Shown: positions 30,426 to 40,972, counted from the stretch's first letter. The stretch is DNA of 64,000 nt from an uncultured Gammaproteobacteria bacterium (GCA_964609155.1 CAZSRF010000001.1:19166-83165); one strand, 5' to 3'. Numbers and translations are program-made. The notes: a model not told the origin generated them from the letters alone.

Positions 30426-30745
30426 TTCTGTACCTCATCTTCAAAAAATTTTACAAAAAATGTTTTGCTTAATTTAGGATTTTTCTTATTCTCACGTGTA
30501 AACTCAGCAATAAACCCACATTTCTTATAAAATTCTGGGGCATTAAATGTATTTGTGCACAAATTAATATTATTAAACCCTTGGCCTTTAAATTTAGCTT
30601 CTAACTCATGAATTAATTTTCTTCCGTATCCCTGTCCACGATATTTCGAATGCACCCACATATCTTCAATATAAATTTCTGCAAATGCTGTAAAAGCTGG
30701 TTGGTACTTTAAGTATTAATCGTTCAGTTTCTAAAGAAATAGCCA
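30410..30745 (-). pseudogene. GNAT N-acetyltransferase remnant (internally deleted/frameshifted)
   Basis: The C-terminal GNAT core (WVHSKYRGQGYGRKLI) lies in the 30410..30661 ORF. An upstream out-of-frame MAISLETERLILK start leaves too little sequence for an intact GNAT. Confidence 0.55.
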
Positions 30746-30895
30746 TGTTTATCTTGCTCAATTAAATATTTCATTAGGTGTAAGTAACCTAATGATTTTC
30801 TAGGGTCTGTTGATAATTGAGATAAGCAGTTGAAATAAAATAGCAAACTTGTAATATTATGTTGTCTAAATAAAATAATATAAAACGAGTTTGCT

Positions 30896-31435
30896 ATGGT
30901 CCGACTAATGCTCAGCGACGAGCTTTGGTCGAAGTTAAGGACAATAATGCGCCAAAATGGAGTATATGACAAGTCTAATCTTCGACTAACGGTAGAAGCA
31001 ATATTATACCGCATGCGAGTTGGTTGCCCCTGGAGAGATTTGCCGACATATTTTGGTAAATGGAATTCAATATACAAAAAATTTAATTATTGGTCTCAAA
31101 ATAATAAACTAATGAATATATTTAATTGTTTGATCACAGAGCCAGATTTCGAAAATGAATTTATTGATGGTAGCTTCATCAAAGCACATCAGCACAGTAC
31201 TGGTGCAGCTGGTGGGCATCATCAGGATATTGGTAAAAGTAAAGGTGGTAATACCACTAAAATACATATGATAGTCGATTCACAAGGCATGCCTATTAAA
31301 TTTTGCTTATCTGCTGGTAATGTAAATGATTCAACTATGGCTACTTCTATCCTGAATGATTTAGCCTTAACTGATAACGTTATTGCTGACAAAGGTTATG
31401 ACAGCGAGGCTATCAGAGATTATAAGTACTTATAA
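30896..31435 (+). mobile_element. IS5-family transposase gene, C-terminally truncated
   Basis: LPTYFGKWNSIYKKFNYWSQ...DGSFIKAHQHSTGA...DKGYDSE are IS5/InsH-type motifs. The ORF stops before the end of the DDE domain, and no intact inverted repeats are seen. Confidence 0.7.
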
Positions 31436-31490
31436 AAAATTAATGTGATATAATTTGCGTTTCTAGCTGTTAACAAGAAAGAATCACATT

Positions 31491-32048
31491 ATGAAATTTG
31501 TATCAAAACTGACAACAGAAGAAATAACCACGTTAAATGAATTAGTGAAATTTGGGTCAAGTTACCGTTATAGACAGCGTGCCCACATGATACTGCTAAG
31601 TAACAAAGATTACATGCTTGACGAGCTATCTGATATTTTTCAAATACACCGCAATCAAGTATCTGAAACTATAGAACGCTGGGAATCATTTGGTCTTATT
31701 GGATTGCAAGATATAGCAGGCAGAGGTCGCAAACCAAAAATAGATGTTGAAGCAACTGGAAAAATTATTTCTTGGGTTGAAGCTAACACACCGCGTAGCG
31801 CGAAAGAAGTAGTAAATTATGTTAGTTCTGAATTAGGACTAGATGTTTGTGAAGATACTCTAAAAAATTTATTGAAGGAAGCTGGTTACAGCTGGAAAAG
31901 GCTTCGTAAGGCAGTAAAACACCTTCGTGATCAAGATGCATTTAGCAAAGCACAAGAAGAGATTGCCGAATTAGAAACCAAACACGTTAATGGTGATATA
32001 GATTTGCAATATTTTGATGCTAGGGGCTGTTATTTAGTTTGTTCATAA
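31491..32048 (+). mobile_element. IS630-family transposase N-terminal (HTH) fragment
   Basis: RQRAHMILLS...GRGRKPKI is the IS630 OrfA-like DNA-binding part. No DDE domain follows. Confidence 0.65.
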
Positions 32049-32274
32049 CATTATATAAGAACTTATTATCAATATCACTAAAACTTGATCCCTTTTTACA
32101 CTGCCTAACTAATCCATAGGTGTTGTCAGTAAGTATTATTAAGTGTTCTCTCTACTTGGTCCTGACTTAGTGCCAGCTTGGTGCCAATATTGGCACTAAG
32201 TTTATGGTTGTATCCGAGATGCTCACGTGAATAACTCATTGAAAAACAAGACTTTTATCCATATTTTGCCATAA

Positions 32275-32304
32275 GTTGGCCGGAGTTGGCCGGAGTTGGC
32301 CGGA
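32275..32304. repeat. perfect tandem decamer (GTTGGCCGGA)x3
   Basis: Read directly from the sequence. It is GC-rich in an AT-rich intergenic region next to the 3' end of the AlbA_2 gene. Confidence 0.85.
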
Positions 32305-32307
32305 GTG

Positions 32308-33726
32308 CTATGTTAATAAATACCATAGTTTTGAAGTAGTTTCCCCTGTAGAATCAATCAAACCAAGATCTTTAAGTTTGGTAAGTTCTCTCCTAAGCGT
32401 TCTTTCAGGGATTGCAGGCTTAATTAAAATTATAATATCTTTTGATGATAATTCACCTTTTTGTCCTAGCAGGGTTATTATATTTTGTTGTTGTTTTGAT
32501 AAATTATCATATGTAATACTAGGCTTAGCAATAATTTGCGTATTGCCAATAGGTTCTTTGGATATTAGAGTTAATAGTGTTCCAATAGGATCTTGAGAAT
32601 ATATAGGTTCTGGATGGCCGGCCTCCTTACATTCATCCATAATCATGTTAATACCACGACCCCATGACTCAAAAATTTTATGATAATAGAGAACATTAGC
32701 AATCTTACGGTTTCTAGGCATAGAGCGGTTGAGATCTTTTATGGTTGCAACAGAAACTCCTGGCGGAAATAATCCGTAGTTCCATACTTCGATCCTGTTA
32801 TCGTATATGGCTATGCTTATACTGCCACTATAATTGCTATAGTCTCTGTGACATAACGCATTGGCTACTGCTTCTCTTAAAGCTTTTATAGGGAATAATG
32901 GTCGATCAACTCTCTCAATTTGCCCTTCCGGAAAGGTACTTTCAATGGGTAAATAATTATTAAGGAAGGTCATTCCAGCACTTAATAATTTAAAAACATT
33001 ACCTGAGACTTGCTTATTATCAATGAAAATAGATCTATCAATTCCTCTAAAGCGCGCTAGTTTCAATATACACTGCGGATATTGCTCTTGCGGATTTTTG
33101 CCAAATAATACAATAGCTGCATTGGTAATTTTATTATTTACAATAAGATCTAATCGTTTTAATGCTAATAATGGATCTGTTGTTGCGTAACCTTCAGGAA
33201 TTCTACCATTCAAGGTACCTTCGTGTATTGTAGATATAATTCTATCAGTGTCTAAATCTTCAATTGTTACATTATCTGGCGTTAAATTTTCCCAAGAAAA
33301 ATTCTCATCAGCATTGCTTAAGGTTAGATGTTTTAGATGTTCCATAGGCATTGGAATAGTAGTGGATTGATTGCGTAAAAAGGCCTTATGATTGTACATA
33401 TAAGGTCGTTTTGTACTATCAGTTGTAACATGAATAGCTATTATATATTTATCAGTACCTGGCAATTTTTCGTAGAAGATTTCTAGCTTAACAACTGGTG
33501 ATATCTTTGATAATTCAATGCCAATTTCTCTTTTAGTTTTATCGGTAACTTCTTGGCCAACGATTTTTCCATCATCAGTTACGCCAATCAATAGGGTACC
33601 ACCATCACAATTTAAAAATGCGCAAATAGTTTCACAAACAGATTTTAGTAGACCTGTTGATTTTTTGAATTCAACAGTTAATGATTCACCACTAGAAATA
33701 ATTTTTTTTATATTGTCTATATTCAT
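32308..33726 (-). CDS. Schlafen/AlbA_2-domain ATP-binding protein with C-terminal HTH (divergent AAA / RecG-C-like 'putative DNA-binding' family)
   Basis: The N-terminus (ESLTVEFKKS...ETICAFLNCDGGTLLIGVTDDGKIVG) is the AlbA_2/Schlafen signature. A central HATPase-like region and a C-terminal winged helix follow. Confidence 0.65.
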   Translation of the reverse strand: MNIDNIKKIISSGESLTVEFKKSTGLLKSVCETICAFLNCDGGTLLIGVTDDGKIVGQEVTDKTKREIGIELSKISPVVKLEIFYEKLPGTDKYIIAIHVTTDSTKRPYMYNHKAFLRNQSTTIPMPMEHLKHLTLSNADENFSWENLTPDNVTIEDLDTDRIISTIHEGTLNGRIPEGYATTDPLLALKRLDLIVNNKITNAAIVLFGKNPQEQYPQCILKLARFRGIDRSIFIDNKQVSGNVFKLLSAGMTFLNNYLPIESTFPEGQIERVDRPLFPIKALREAVANALCHRDYSNYSGSISIAIYDNRIEVWNYGLFPPGVSVATIKDLNRSMPRNRKIANVLYYHKIFESWGRGINMIMDECKEAGHPEPIYSQDPIGTLLTLISKEPIGNTQIIAKPSITYDNLSKQQQNIITLLGQKGELSSKDIIILIKPAIPERTLRRELTKLKDLGLIDSTGETTSKLWYLLT

Positions 33727-33881
33727 AGATTAGAAAGATCAATTCTTATATTTAGTAATTTGAAACAATCATATTTTATCATGTTATCAACTAATAATCT
33801 TCTTGATTCCACTTTTGAAAATCTAATATTATTTAGTACTAGGATAGCCTGAAATATAACATAGTTAGCATTCTATGACTC

Positions 33882-34100
33882 TTAAACAAATTTTATGATC
33901 TGACTTAGTTCTCTCTTGCATTTGGTAATGAGTCGTGAGGTATTTCTTATCTCAGCACAACGCATGCCATGCTTATAAGAGTTCTTGCTACTTATAGCTT
34001 TACCTACAGCTGTTTTTGGACCTGTAGAGTATAACCAAGGTTTTTTCTCTCGTATTATTTGTGATTGCTTTAATCGCTGCTCAACAGTCCATCTTCTCAT
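33882..34100 (-). CDS. hypothetical small basic protein
   Basis: 72-aa ORF within the island. No family recognised. Confidence 0.3.
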   Translation of the reverse strand: MRRWTVEQRLKQSQIIREKKPWLYSTGPKTAVGKAISSKNSYKHGMRCAEIRNTSRLITKCKRELSQIIKFV

Positions 34101-34147
34101 ATGCTTTGCTCTATTCAGTTCGTTTGCAAATTTTTCTACATTTAAAA

Positions 34148-34696
34148 TTAAGAAGTAGATGTATTATTAACTTGCTGGTTAATAGCATTATTTTGATGCT
34201 TAATAAATACTGCTCTTCTAGGATTTTTCAGTTCAGCTAAAACAGCTAATGTTTTTCTAGATTGATTCTGTGCTCTTAATGCTATATCTGAAAAAACTTG
34301 GATCTGATTAATCATCTGTACATCAGAAGCTCTCAACAAAGTATAGTGAAATAAAGCATTAAGCGTTTGTGCTTGAGTTATTAACATTAGCTCAATTTCA
34401 CTAATATCACCATTAACTACTTTGCTTGCATTTTGTGCTAGAGCTTTTGCTACACTTGTTGTATCTAGTCTGCAATTGTTGATACTATTTATTGTGATCG
34501 CAGAAGTTATTACCGGATCCGTATAAATTTCCGATCTTTCTATGGCCTGTAGTTTTAATTTAGTGGCTGATTCTAATTGCTTTGACTTCTCTTTGATATT
34601 AGCCATTCTATTTATTCCCATAATTAGTTGTAAGAGTTGTAATTTATGTAATAACTCCATAAATATATTATAAATTAATATATTACATTCATCCAC
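34148..34696 (-). CDS. hypothetical protein (island)
   Basis: ORF. The likely true start is an internal Met (MGINRMANIKEK...). No family recognised. Confidence 0.4.
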   Translation of the reverse strand: MDECNILIYNIFMELLHKLQLLQLIMGINRMANIKEKSKQLESATKLKLQAIERSEIYTDPVITSAITINSINNCRLDTTSVAKALAQNASKVVNGDISEIELMLITQAQTLNALFHYTLLRASDVQMINQIQVFSDIALRAQNQSRKTLAVLAELKNPRRAVFIKHQNNAINQQVNNTSTS

Positions 34697-34829
34697 TCCA
34701 TTACATCATGGCTATAAAACCGTACAATATTTAAACAAAGATGTAAGGAGTCAGTTGCAAGAACATTGCGTTTAATCAACGTCTTAACTAATTCCTTACA
34801 CTCCTTACATAACATACATAATTAATAAT

Positions 34830-35190
34830 ATATTAGCTCTCGCCAACAACCTTACTAGAAAAATGGTATACTCGAATAGTTTTTTGTACTACTGATACCC
34901 ATTTATTCGTATATGGCGTTTTATTTAAATTATCAGCTAATAGCCATCCCGATTTTTCTATAATTTTTATTACCTCCTTTGGACCAAAGCCTTTACAAAT
35001 TTCATCAGTAAATGTTTTTGGATAAACAAAAAAATCCCCATTATTATGTATAAATCCAGCACAACGATGTGGAATTATATTGTTTTTAGATGGATCATTA
35101 TCGACTGTACGAAAGCGAGCAGCATTTTCTTGAAAGAAATGTCTAACTTGTCTTAATATAGCCTCATGTTCATGACAGAAGCATTTAGCT
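34830..35190 (-). pseudogene. possible gene remnant lacking a start codon (mobile-element replication protein-like C-terminus)
   Basis: An in-frame 113-codon stretch (…CFCHEHEAILRQVRHFFQENAARFRTVDND…YTNKWVSVVQKTIRVYHFSSKVVGES*) has no ATG. The ORF track did not call it. Confidence 0.25.
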
Positions 35191-35454
35191 GCCAGCTTAC
35201 TGCATTAATGTTATTACATAAATACAGCAACTTGAATGTACAAATAAGAATTAAAAATTGGAAAGATCAGGTATCTACCATACATGATTTGCAAAATCTA
35301 GTATGGGGATTATAGGAATATAATTACGTCTAGAATTAGTACTTTCTGATAGCACACCCTCGGTGCCAAAGCCCTCGCTTGAATCTATATTTTTAATTGC
35401 TTCAGAATTTACTCTAGAGTAAACTACTCTAATTTACTTTTAGAGGAGATAATT

Positions 35455-35943
35455 ATGGGTGATAACCTGCCTAACAACATTAACAAAATTTTACTTGTAG
35501 CTTTAGTTCTATGTTTGCAAGTCACTCATGGTCAAAATGATTCAGTAAATGGCTCACTTAATGCAGATGACGATCGATATCTGTCATATCATCCTCCCTT
35601 GGCTGGCGGATCTAGTAATCTGAGTACTTCAGCTACAGTTGGTATAGTATTCGGAGCATTAATTGGAGGTATTCTATGTTTACTGCTGACTTATGCATGC
35701 ATTGCTTTTACAGTTACTGGATGCTCTAAGCTATGTTCCCGTGGTGGTGGTTCAGCTAATTCTCACGCAATTAGGGTCCGTGGGCGTGATGGGCGTCTAG
35801 GTTATGCAGAGCATGGAGGTGGTGATATGATCATCGTTCATGATGATCAACTGTGTGCGCAACAACCAGGTGTACATCCAGCTCCAGGTATTCCTGGTTA
35901 TGTAGATTATTCTACAACTGCTGCTAGCCCCATGCCGTGTTAA
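35455..35943 (+). CDS. hypothetical single-pass membrane protein, Cys/Gly-rich (GC-elevated ORF)
   Basis: Signal peptide, one TM helix (VGIVFGALIGGILCLLLTYACIAF), then a Cys/Gly/His-rich tail. AGGAG lies upstream of the ATG. Its GC content is higher than that of its neighbours. Confidence 0.5.
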   Translation: MGDNLPNNINKILLVALVLCLQVTHGQNDSVNGSLNADDDRYLSYHPPLAGGSSNLSTSATVGIVFGALIGGILCLLLTYACIAFTVTGCSKLCSRGGGSANSHAIRVRGRDGRLGYAEHGGGDMIIVHDDQLCAQQPGVHPAPGIPGYVDYSTTAASPMPC

Positions 35944-35977
35944 CTAAAGCTATTGTACTTTAGCCAGGCTATCACAT

Positions 35978-36304
35978 CTATATCAAAAACTTCAATCTAG
36001 AACCAACCCATTCTAATTCATGATGGACCTCTTCATAAAAACTTTGAAAGGTCCTAATACCAAAAAATCGTTCACAACGATCTAAATTTATATCCCACAT
36101 ATAATGAGGATACTCTTCTTGCGATATAAAATATAATAAAACATAGCTATGGTTATCCATAGGAACTAAATTATAATGATCTTTATTTACTGAGCTTTGT
36201 TGTAAAATAATTTGTTTTTCTTTATTTTCTTTATTTTCTTTTCTTTTGTTCCATATAGTAGCGATCCAATTAGCTAATTTTTTCATTAACTCTTCATACG
36301 ACAT
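35978..36304 (-). CDS. hypothetical protein
   Basis: 108-aa ORF. No family recognised. Confidence 0.35.
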   Translation of the reverse strand: MSYEELMKKLANWIATIWNKRKENKENKEKQIILQQSSVNKDHYNLVPMDNHSYVLLYFISQEEYPHYMWDINLDRCERFFGIRTFQSFYEEVHHELEWVGSRLKFLI

Positions 36305-36686
36305 ACAACAGTCCTTATTGTGAAACTTTAACTACTTCTAATATCATCATGTTAATTTATAATTATTTAATTTCAATATCTATTACTACTCTTTAATTAA
36401 TTCTTTTACACTCCAAAATATGGCTATAATTTGTCTCTTGAATACACTCTTTAAATATTTTAAGTAGTTACGCATTGAATAATAAATACCATAATGCTTT
36501 TTTGTTCTTTGCTGCAACTCCAACCTTCTGAAAGTCCTGGTAATTATCCTTAGAATCTGGTTATGGATGATAAGTTTTAGCTAACTTATTAATTTACTGA
36601 GAATTAATTAGTTATTCAACCTTATTGTTTTTTATAGCTATTTATGTTAACATAACTTTAATTATACTTTCTTGTTTATTATTAAA

Positions 36687-37886
36687 ATGAAAGCATACTT
36701 AGCAATTATTGTCTTTTTCATACAAGTTAACCTAGTATTTGCTAGTTTGACGTCAACTAGCAACTTTGAGTCTCCTAGTCTAAGGCAGATTAACAAACTG
36801 CCATCGCATCAACTTGACTCTATATTATATGGCGCGACAACAGCTGATCTAAACTTATTTAATGATCTTATCTCTCATGAACACTATGGCTTTATTGGCT
36901 ATCATGCTGCACCACAGGCCGTTCGTGTTTACCAAGACATTATCAAAATCTATATTACAGAAATACTGGGGATACCCATTAGAGATGATTTTCAATTTTT
37001 GCGGATCCCAGGCGATAGCAGATTAAATTATAATAACGCTAAAGAGTTTCTTGAAGAATATAATATTTATAAATCAAAAGTAATGGCAACTGCAAAAAAA
37101 ATCATTTTGCAATCACAATCCTTAAGCAACGATGGCATTACAAATACATCTGCATCAAATAACACTCAGCAAAGCAATAATCTCTTAACTTTTGAGAAAG
37201 CTCTAGAAATAATTAATAATTATAGCCCACAAAAAACAACAGTTAATCTTAACAAATCTCCTGCATCTATTTCTTCTTTGCAACAAGAAATAAAAAGCAT
37301 TAATGATATGACCTATGAGATCCAAACAAAGTTGTTATCTTTAAATATTGCGCTGTATCAAACAGAATTTGGTCATTATCCGCTAACAGTCAATGCTTAC
37401 ATATATAACACTGCCTATTCATCAATACAATATAAATTGTCTGGTGAATTAGTTCCTTTCTTTAATAAACTTGGGATAGAAAGCTCTTATATCGATCAGC
37501 TCTTTGACCTTGCTCAGAAATATGTCCCTCGTAATAGAGGAATAATTATTAGAATATCTGATAACCAAAATAACTATAAGTTTATTGATACGCATGGATA
37601 CATCAGTCACCCATTTGGTATGCCGTTAGGTTACAATTTACCTTCATTTTATTATATGGACAATGCTATTTTTTCATTCCCTGAATTAAAAATTATTATG
37701 TCCAATAAACATAGCGTTAACCCATTGTCTGATCTATCCATCACTAGATATGGTTCAATATCAACGCAACAATCCAATGACTATAAACAAGCCTTGACTG
37801 CTTTTATAAAGAAAATACCTTATGATAAAAATAAGGCTGCAGAGTATAGACAAGAATTACTGCAATTATGGTCTTGCTCTGAGTAA
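36687..37886 (+). CDS. hypothetical secreted protein
   Basis: Signal peptide MKAYLAIIVFFIQVNLVFA. No family recognised. Confidence 0.45.
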   Translation: MKAYLAIIVFFIQVNLVFASLTSTSNFESPSLRQINKLPSHQLDSILYGATTADLNLFNDLISHEHYGFIGYHAAPQAVRVYQDIIKIYITEILGIPIRDDFQFLRIPGDSRLNYNNAKEFLEEYNIYKSKVMATAKKIILQSQSLSNDGITNTSASNNTQQSNNLLTFEKALEIINNYSPQKTTVNLNKSPASISSLQQEIKSINDMTYEIQTKLLSLNIALYQTEFGHYPLTVNAYIYNTAYSSIQYKLSGELVPFFNKLGIESSYIDQLFDLAQKYVPRNRGIIIRISDNQNNYKFIDTHGYISHPFGMPLGYNLPSFYYMDNAIFSFPELKIIMSNKHSVNPLSDLSITRYGSISTQQSNDYKQALTAFIKKIPYDKNKAAEYRQELLQLWSCSE

Positions 37887-37889
37887 CAA

Positions 37890-38183
37890 TTAGTCTGGTG
37901 TATTCAATCTACTTAATGTACTAACGTTACTGTCTTTAGATTCCACACCATCATTCATTACTAAGACTTTCCTCCCTACATAAATTGATTCTTGAGATTT
38001 TTGTAATAACTTATTAATAGCAATACCAGTTGCTACTAATAGTATTAAATATGGTGTTTCAGATCCTGATTCCTCACAAGAAATACTATAAGTTGAATCA
38101 TGTTTGTACTTAAATAAACTCAAAAAAGCAATACCCCAAGCAATAGTTAACCCATTGATAAAACCACGCATAAAATTATTCAC
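37890..38183 (-). CDS. hypothetical small membrane protein
   Basis: Two predicted TM segments. No family recognised. Confidence 0.35.
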   Translation of the reverse strand: MNNFMRGFINGLTIAWGIAFLSLFKYKHDSTYSISCEESGSETPYLILLVATGIAINKLLQKSQESIYVGRKVLVMNDGVESKDSNVSTLSRLNTPD

Positions 38184-38240
38184 AAACGACCTCTTATAGT
38201 TTAATTTATCTTAGTGTGTACAAAATTATAATTCTTAGAT

Positions 38241-39131
38241 ATGAGTTATCTAAACAATATGAAATCAAGACTGTGCAACTTTATTAAAATACAAATAGTA
38301 ATTGCTATTCTTACATTTAGTCCTACATTTCTTATAACGTGCATTGTAAATAAGATTACTAAAAACAACAACAAATTCCTTAAGAATATTTTTATTAGAT
38401 TATATATAAAGCTTTACAAAATAGACCTAAATTTATATCAGAAAAAAGATATAAATTTATATAACAATTTTCATTCTTTTTTTATAAGAGATCTAGATCT
38501 GTCTTTAAGAGTTCTACAATCACAAAAAGATTTAGTTATCCCAGCAGATGGGCTGATCAAAGCAATTGGTCCAATAAACTCTCATGCTCTCTATCAAGCA
38601 AAAAACAAATTTTATAATCTAAAAGATTTATTCGGCTGTAGCTTTGACTTTCAAAAATTTTCCTCTGGAAGTTATTTTACAATATATTTATCACCTAAAG
38701 ACTATCATAAGATACATATGCCTTGTGATGGTATTTTAGAAAAAATGATTTATGTACCAGGTACATTATTTCCCGTTAATCAAATAAGTTGCACAAATAT
38801 AAGCCAAATTTATACACGCAACGAAAGAGTTATCGTTATTTTTAAAATATATAATGGCTATATGGCCATAATTTTAGTTGGCGCAATGATAGTAGGAAGT
38901 ATCTATACGCGCTGGCATGGACAAGTTACACCTATTAGACGAACGCTTAATTTTGGGAAAAAAAATAAAATTGAAATCTTTAACTATTCTAATAATATAA
39001 AGTTAAAAAAGCTGGATGAATTAGGTTATTTTCAAATGGGCTCAACGGTAATAGCTATATTTTCTCAAAACCATTGTTTTAACGAAAATCTGCTCGAAAA
39101 AGCTGTGCTTTTTGGCCAAGAGATCTGTTAA
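38241..39131 (+). CDS. psd: phosphatidylserine decarboxylase proenzyme
   Basis: YHKIHMPCDG and the self-cleavage motif (FQMGSTVI, the G-S-T site) are present, with an N-terminal membrane anchor. Confidence 0.85.
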   Translation: MSYLNNMKSRLCNFIKIQIVIAILTFSPTFLITCIVNKITKNNNKFLKNIFIRLYIKLYKIDLNLYQKKDINLYNNFHSFFIRDLDLSLRVLQSQKDLVIPADGLIKAIGPINSHALYQAKNKFYNLKDLFGCSFDFQKFSSGSYFTIYLSPKDYHKIHMPCDGILEKMIYVPGTLFPVNQISCTNISQIYTRNERVIVIFKIYNGYMAIILVGAMIVGSIYTRWHGQVTPIRRTLNFGKKNKIEIFNYSNNIKLKKLDELGYFQMGSTVIAIFSQNHCFNENLLEKAVLFGQEIC

Positions 39132-39132
39132 T

Positions 39133-40911
39133 TTATAAATAAGTTACACCTAATGTTAAGAAAAATCTTGCGTTACTATTCTGTTCATTTTGTACTTTAC
39201 GTGTAAGTGGTTTTGCTACATACGTTTGGAAATTAAAGTAACGTGTAATATTTCCACGCAAACCAAAACCTGCTGATTCTGCAGAGTCACGCGCTGCTTG
39301 ACGACTAATCTCAGAATTTATATTCCAAATGATACCAGCATCATAAAAACCATAAAGATCCAAAGAAACTGTTTTCAAATTAGATAATGCATTGCTAATG
39401 AATTCTGTGGGTAAGGCGTAATTAAGTTCAGCTTTTGCAACTAATCCATGATCGCCTGATAGTTCATAAGGATCATAAGCTAAACCAATTACACGTCCAC
39501 CATAACCGTATTCTTCAATAGCGACTAATTCGTGAAATGCATATTGCCCTCCTACTTGTAGATTTGCACCAAATCTATCAAATAACGGCTGCTGACGTAA
39601 AAACATACCTGTTAACTTCTTAAAATTCTTTTTAACGTTAGGTCGCGTTGTATACAACGGGTTTAATTCTGCACCTAGATTATTTAGCCCCTGAGTAAAT
39701 TCAAAATTTATTGATGATAAACCAACAATATTAAAAAAATATGAGTCTATCCAATCAACAGTAGCCGCAAGTCGCAACGCTCTTATTTTTTCTTTAAATA
39801 ATATCTGATTTAAAAATTTAGTTTCAGTATCATATCCGTCTAATTTTAGATCAGCAATAAAGTTTAATGCTCTTGATCGAATAAATGGATATTCTAATTG
39901 AATTGCAAAGGCTTTACTGGCACCTGGTGTTTTAATGCTATTTTTTAGAGGATACGGCAGCGCTCTAAAGTCTGCTGCTGTATTAGTTTTAGAGCCTTGT
40001 AATGTTAACGCTAATCCATCAGAATTAAGAGGTTGTCTATGGCTTAGATTGTAAACTCTTAATTCATAACGATCGTCCCTTACTGCATTAAACAAAGTAT
40101 GATTACCATACAACGCATTAAATTGATGAACAACACCGGAAAATTCCAATGGCCCTAAGATTCGAGTACCACGATTGTCTGCTACACCTTCAAAACCAAA
40201 CAGTTTATGATCGTCTTCAATAAACTCAAGATTTGCAGCGCCAGGTGCATTCGGTGCTGGGGCAAAAATAACTCGTATGTTGCCTCCTTGTAAATCTTGA
40301 GCGAGCAAGGCATATCTTTCTAAAGTTGTTTTAGTTAATGGACGCTCTTTTGCCATGCGACTGCCATAACTCTGTAATAATAACTTTGTAGAATATGGCA
40401 AATTCTCACTTGTTATTCTAACTTCGTTTATATATCCCTCAACAATTCCAATTGTTATTACACCTGTATCCTTGTCAATATCCTGTGCCGGTAAATACGC
40501 TTGTGATAAAATATAGCCAGCATCGCGATATTTAATAGTTGTAGCTTGTATTAACTGTAGAATCTTTGCGAGAGTTACTTTTTTTCCATAATAAGGCTTA
40601 TATATTTCCTCAAGCCCCGCACTAGGGATCACAGTATTCCCTACAAAATTTATCTTGCGCAGCTTTAGAGTATACCCTTTAGCTTCTCCTACATCTAAAG
40701 ACTGTGTTAATAATGGCACAGTCAAAGCTTTACCACTGGATAAAATTGAACGAGTTCTATCAGTAAATACTTTACCAGTTCTTTCTGGATCAATCTTACC
40801 TATATCAACATCTGGAACGGGCAATACCGCAGAGTTTATACCAGAAGTAAACAGTGTGCACAATAATAAATATTTTTTAATATTCACGATTAATCCATTA
40901 ATCTTACACAA
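39133..40911 (-). CDS. ShlB/FhaC/HecB-family two-partner-secretion transporter (TpsB)-like outer membrane protein
   Basis: Signal peptide, a POTRA domain (GYTLKLRKINFVGNTVI...LAKILQ) and a C-terminal beta-barrel ending with an aromatic-rich strand. Confidence 0.65.
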   Translation of the reverse strand: MCKINGLIVNIKKYLLLCTLFTSGINSAVLPVPDVDIGKIDPERTGKVFTDRTRSILSSGKALTVPLLTQSLDVGEAKGYTLKLRKINFVGNTVIPSAGLEEIYKPYYGKKVTLAKILQLIQATTIKYRDAGYILSQAYLPAQDIDKDTGVITIGIVEGYINEVRITSENLPYSTKLLLQSYGSRMAKERPLTKTTLERYALLAQDLQGGNIRVIFAPAPNAPGAANLEFIEDDHKLFGFEGVADNRGTRILGPLEFSGVVHQFNALYGNHTLFNAVRDDRYELRVYNLSHRQPLNSDGLALTLQGSKTNTAADFRALPYPLKNSIKTPGASKAFAIQLEYPFIRSRALNFIADLKLDGYDTETKFLNQILFKEKIRALRLAATVDWIDSYFFNIVGLSSINFEFTQGLNNLGAELNPLYTTRPNVKKNFKKLTGMFLRQQPLFDRFGANLQVGGQYAFHELVAIEEYGYGGRVIGLAYDPYELSGDHGLVAKAELNYALPTEFISNALSNLKTVSLDLYGFYDAGIIWNINSEISRQAARDSAESAGFGLRGNITRYFNFQTYVAKPLTRKVQNEQNSNARFFLTLGVTYL

Positions 40912-40972
40912 ATAATTAAACTATTACTAAAATTATAATCTATAGTTCTATATTTACAACTTTAATCAGAGG

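Noticed and set aside
32276-32596. 106-aa plus-strand ORF starting at the decamer repeat
   Set aside because: It overlaps the well-supported AlbA_2 gene on the opposite strand, and its sequence has no coding signature.
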